Shown: one piece after another, positions 61,405-64,000 of the stretch
How the letters are laid out: the number at the start of each line of letters is the position of its first letter
How positions within the stretch are numbered: the stretch's first letter is position 1
Assembly (NCBI GenBank): GCA_963675525.2
Contig: CAXXSL010000016.1
Coordinates: 128,001-192,000, forward strand
Origin: Anaerohalosphaeraceae bacterium
GTDB lineage: Bacteria > Planctomycetota > Phycisphaerae > Sedimentisphaerales > Anaerohalosphaeraceae
Direction: 5' to 3'
Length of the DNA stretch: 64,000 bases
Position numbers and translations under genes: made by a program
The notes under the pieces: model-generated
Told to the model about the DNA's origin: nothing
The model's input: the letters and a program-made list of their open reading frames with translations, nothing else
Databases searched by the model: none

Positions 61405-62845
61405 TTCGGTCCGTATTGGAGATCGTGTGCAGGATCAAGGCGCTGTCGGTATTTTCCGATAACAATTCAAGCGGCGGCAGCAGCAATAATTTTTGTCCGC
61501 TCGACGCCCAGCGATTTTCCACAATAAGGCGTTCGACTGATTCGACCCATTCGGCATAGGAGCCGGCTTTGGGGTGATGAACGCTTAGCGTGCCATAGCA
61601 CAGACTGAGCCGGCGTGCTAATGAGGCGTCCGCACACAGCGACAGAATCGGTACATCAATGCGGGACTTGCTCAACAGCCGCGTCATATTTCCGGTTTCG
61701 GCGGAAGCGACCACCATCGCGGCCTTCACCTCATCCAGAATATGCGCGATCGAGCGTGCCATGCAGGCCTTATCGGCCAGTTCGGGTACGGTCTCGATAC
61801 GCGGGCGAGGAGTGCCGGAAGCATCCAGAAATGTCTCGGTCGTCCGGCTGATATGAGCCAGCGTTTTGACCGCATTTATCGGGTATTTGCCGACGGCCGT
61901 CTCGCCGGAAAGCATGATCGCATCGGCCTGATCCATAACCGCATTGGACACATCGGAGGCTTCGGCTCGGGTCGGCGAGGGGCTTTCAATCATCGACTGC
62001 AGCACCTGCGTGGCCACGATGACGGGCTTGCCGAAATGCCGGCACAACGATGTGATCTTCTTCTGCACCAGCGGCACCTGTGCCAGGTCCATCTCCACGC
62101 CCATATCGCCCCGCGCGACCAATATCCCGTCGGCGGCGTGAATGATCGCCTCGATGTTTTCCACGGCCAGCGGTTTTTCGATCTTGGCGACGACGGGGAT
62201 CGCTGCGCCCTTTTCGGCTAGGTAATCTTTGAGCGTCCGTATCTCGTCGGCGTGCTGGACAAAGCTCAGAGCCAAATAGTCCAGCCCATGCTCGATGGCC
62301 CAATCCACGCATTGCCAGTCTTTTTCGGTGATGGCCTGCGTCGAGAGACGCGTATCCGGCAGGTTGATGCCCTTATGGCTGCAAAGCGGACCGCCGACAA
62401 GCACTTTGCAGCGGACCACAGTATCGGTTTTTGACAGGACGGCCAATACAATCTGGCCGTCGTCAATCAGGATGCGCTGGCCCGGTTGGACATCGGTCAC
62501 AAAATCCGCGTAACCGGTCGTGATATGCGAAGCGTTGCCGACGCCATCGCCGACGGAAATATCCAGTTCCTGCTCGTCAGCCAGCACGGTATCCGGCTCA
62601 ATTTGCCCTGTGCGTATCTTCGGGCCGCACAGGTCGCCCATGACGGCCACAGAGTGCACAAACTCGTCGCGGACCGCGTTGATACGGTCAAGCATGGCCG
62701 CATGGCTGTCGAACGTGCCGTGCGAGAAATTCAGCCGGAACGTGCAAACACGGTGGTCAATAAATTGGCGAAGCATCTCAGTCGAGCCCGAAGCCGGCCC
62801 AAGCGTCGCAACAATTCCCGTTTTAGCAAAATTTGATAGTTGCAT
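61394..62845 (-). CDS. pyk: Pyruvate kinase
   Basis: ATLGPAS, RLNFSHG, AKIE, VARGDMGVE, MLSGETAVGKYP. Confidence 0.95.
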   Translation of the reverse strand: MQLSNFAKTGIVATLGPASGSTEMLRQFIDHRVCTFRLNFSHGTFDSHAAMLDRINAVRDEFVHSVAVMGDLCGPKIRTGQIEPDTVLADEQELDISVGDGVGNASHITTGYADFVTDVQPGQRILIDDGQIVLAVLSKTDTVVRCKVLVGGPLCSHKGINLPDTRLSTQAITEKDWQCVDWAIEHGLDYLALSFVQHADEIRTLKDYLAEKGAAIPVVAKIEKPLAVENIEAIIHAADGILVARGDMGVEMDLAQVPLVQKKITSLCRHFGKPVIVATQVLQSMIESPSPTRAEASDVSNAVMDQADAIMLSGETAVGKYPINAVKTLAHISRTTETFLDASGTPRPRIETVPELADKACMARSIAHILDEVKAAMVVASAETGNMTRLLSKSRIDVPILSLCADASLARRLSLCYGTLSVHHPKAGSYAEWVESVERLIVENRWASSGQKLLLLPPLELLSENTDSALILHTISNTDRIRD

Positions 62846-63020
62846 ATCAATCGATTCCTGAAAATCACCGGTTAATCATCCATTTCGTACCCCTGTACTA
62901 TATTCAATCCAGATCGATTTGTCTCGCAGAAAACAGATTTGATTTTACAGGCCCGATTGAACTGTTTATAATACTCTTCTATACGGTGAAAACCAATTAC
63001 ACAATCAGAAAGAGGTTTTC

Positions 63021-63578
63021 ATGAAAACATCTTTATACATTATATCCGTTTTTCTGCCGTTGCTATTGGGTCTGTGCGGTGGCTGCTCCGGCATCCATAA
63101 AGCCCAGGCCCTGAACTTTTACGAACATCCGGCGGTCATCAGTCTCGCAAAAGACATGTCAAAAGACGGTGCCGTCACCGTGATAAAGACCACGCTGGCA
63201 GCCGATCCAACAGCGGCCGGGTGCGAAGTAACATCTGAGGGCATTCAAACACAACAGCAAGTGACCCGGCCCGCCCTGTATGCTCCGGAGATACATAACA
63301 ACCGTGTGTCCTCTGGCATGGCCCACTCCGACTGGAAGGGTCCTGACTATTTTGCTCAGCAAGTTCAACCGGAACAGGAGATGACCATAAGTATCTTTTT
63401 ACCGTTTTCCGAAATCAATCAAATCAGCATAAGAACCGGCAGACAAAAAACAGAAATTCTACATCAAATCATAATGTCTGCGGATGGTCAAAAAGACATA
63501 AACGCCATCGTAAACGACAGCGGCCTGAATAATTTCCTCGCCGCACTATATGTTCTCTGTCCCAATCTGCACGACTGA
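63021..63578 (+). CDS. Hypothetical lipoprotein
   Basis: Signal peptide with GGC lipobox; GAGG RBS. Confidence 0.6.
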   Translation: MKTSLYIISVFLPLLLGLCGGCSGIHKAQALNFYEHPAVISLAKDMSKDGAVTVIKTTLAADPTAAGCEVTSEGIQTQQQVTRPALYAPEIHNNRVSSGMAHSDWKGPDYFAQQVQPEQEMTISIFLPFSEINQISIRTGRQKTEILHQIIMSADGQKDINAIVNDSGLNNFLAALYVLCPNLHD

Positions 63579-63657
63579 ACCAACCGCTTGTTAGTCATTC
63601 GCGCAATGTCGAATCTATCCTGTTTCCCAACCCACATGCCCGTGAGGAATTGATTTG

Positions 63658-63999
63658 TCATTCTGTTGGCGGCGTGCCTGCAAGCCAGTTCTCAGCCAGC
63701 ATTATAAAATCTATCAAATTAACAAAACCGTTGCCGTCAATATCGCCTGCGATATTGCTGGATTTGCTGGCCTGATTAGTCCCGCCGTAAGCGCCCATAT
63801 TAATCCGCCCGCCGTTGCCTGCAGGTTCATAGCCTGCGTTGTCGGCCGGGTCGCCGGCATCAATACAGGGGCTTGTGTACGTATCCGTAATCCAAAGAGG
63901 CCCATCCAGTGTTAGATTGATTCGCCCGGCCCGGGACTGTAAGTGAAAGTCGCCTCCGCCCGCAAACAATGGGTCCGTATCGATGTTCCCGCCGCCGTC
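63658..63999 (-). CDS. C-terminus of a secreted protein with dockerin-like end (truncated by window)
   Basis: DPLF..GDFHLQS, SPCIDAGDP, RINMGAYGG, GDIDGNGFVNLIDF. Confidence 0.8.
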   Translation of the reverse strand, partial: DGGGNIDTDPLFAGGGDFHLQSRAGRINLTLDGPLWITDTYTSPCIDAGDPADNAGYEPAGNGGRINMGAYGGTNQASKSSNIAGDIDGNGFVNLIDFIMLAENWLAGTPPTE

Positions 64000-64000
64000 T

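Overview
A 64 kb bacterial chromosomal segment. Lineage is inferred as Planctomycetota, probably Phycisphaerae/Sedimentisphaerales-like, from the unlinked 16S gene, dockerin-like C-termini, a PEP-CTERM protein and an excisionase-HTH response regulator. Most of it is housekeeping and carbohydrate metabolism: a TetR-regulated RND efflux operon, gloB, dusB, fbaB, GH26/GH27/GH29, a phosphohexomutase, rnc and pyk. It also holds a stand-alone 16S rRNA gene, tRNA-Gln(CTG) and tRNA-Ser(GGA). I found no CRISPR array, reverse transcriptase or integrase. The most novel signal is two sequence-divergent intergenic units (979-1195 and 9783-9980, minus strand) that share the same predicted fold, the same -10-to-stem spacing and related terminators, making a candidate unannotated ncRNA family. 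Other highlights: (1) an att-bounded 1.9 kb islet at tRNA-Gln holding small transcription units; (2) gene cassettes at tRNA-Ser separated by tRNA-derived repeats, including a short-arm tRNA-Ser-like copy; (3) a consensus promoter plus boxA driving helically phased 10/11-bp repeats; (4) a head-to-head DUF4954 pair with an SIS isomerase; (5) a membrane-anchored serpin-like gene; (6) a GTDC1/QTMAN homolog. All family assignments come from motif recognition by eye, not database searches.
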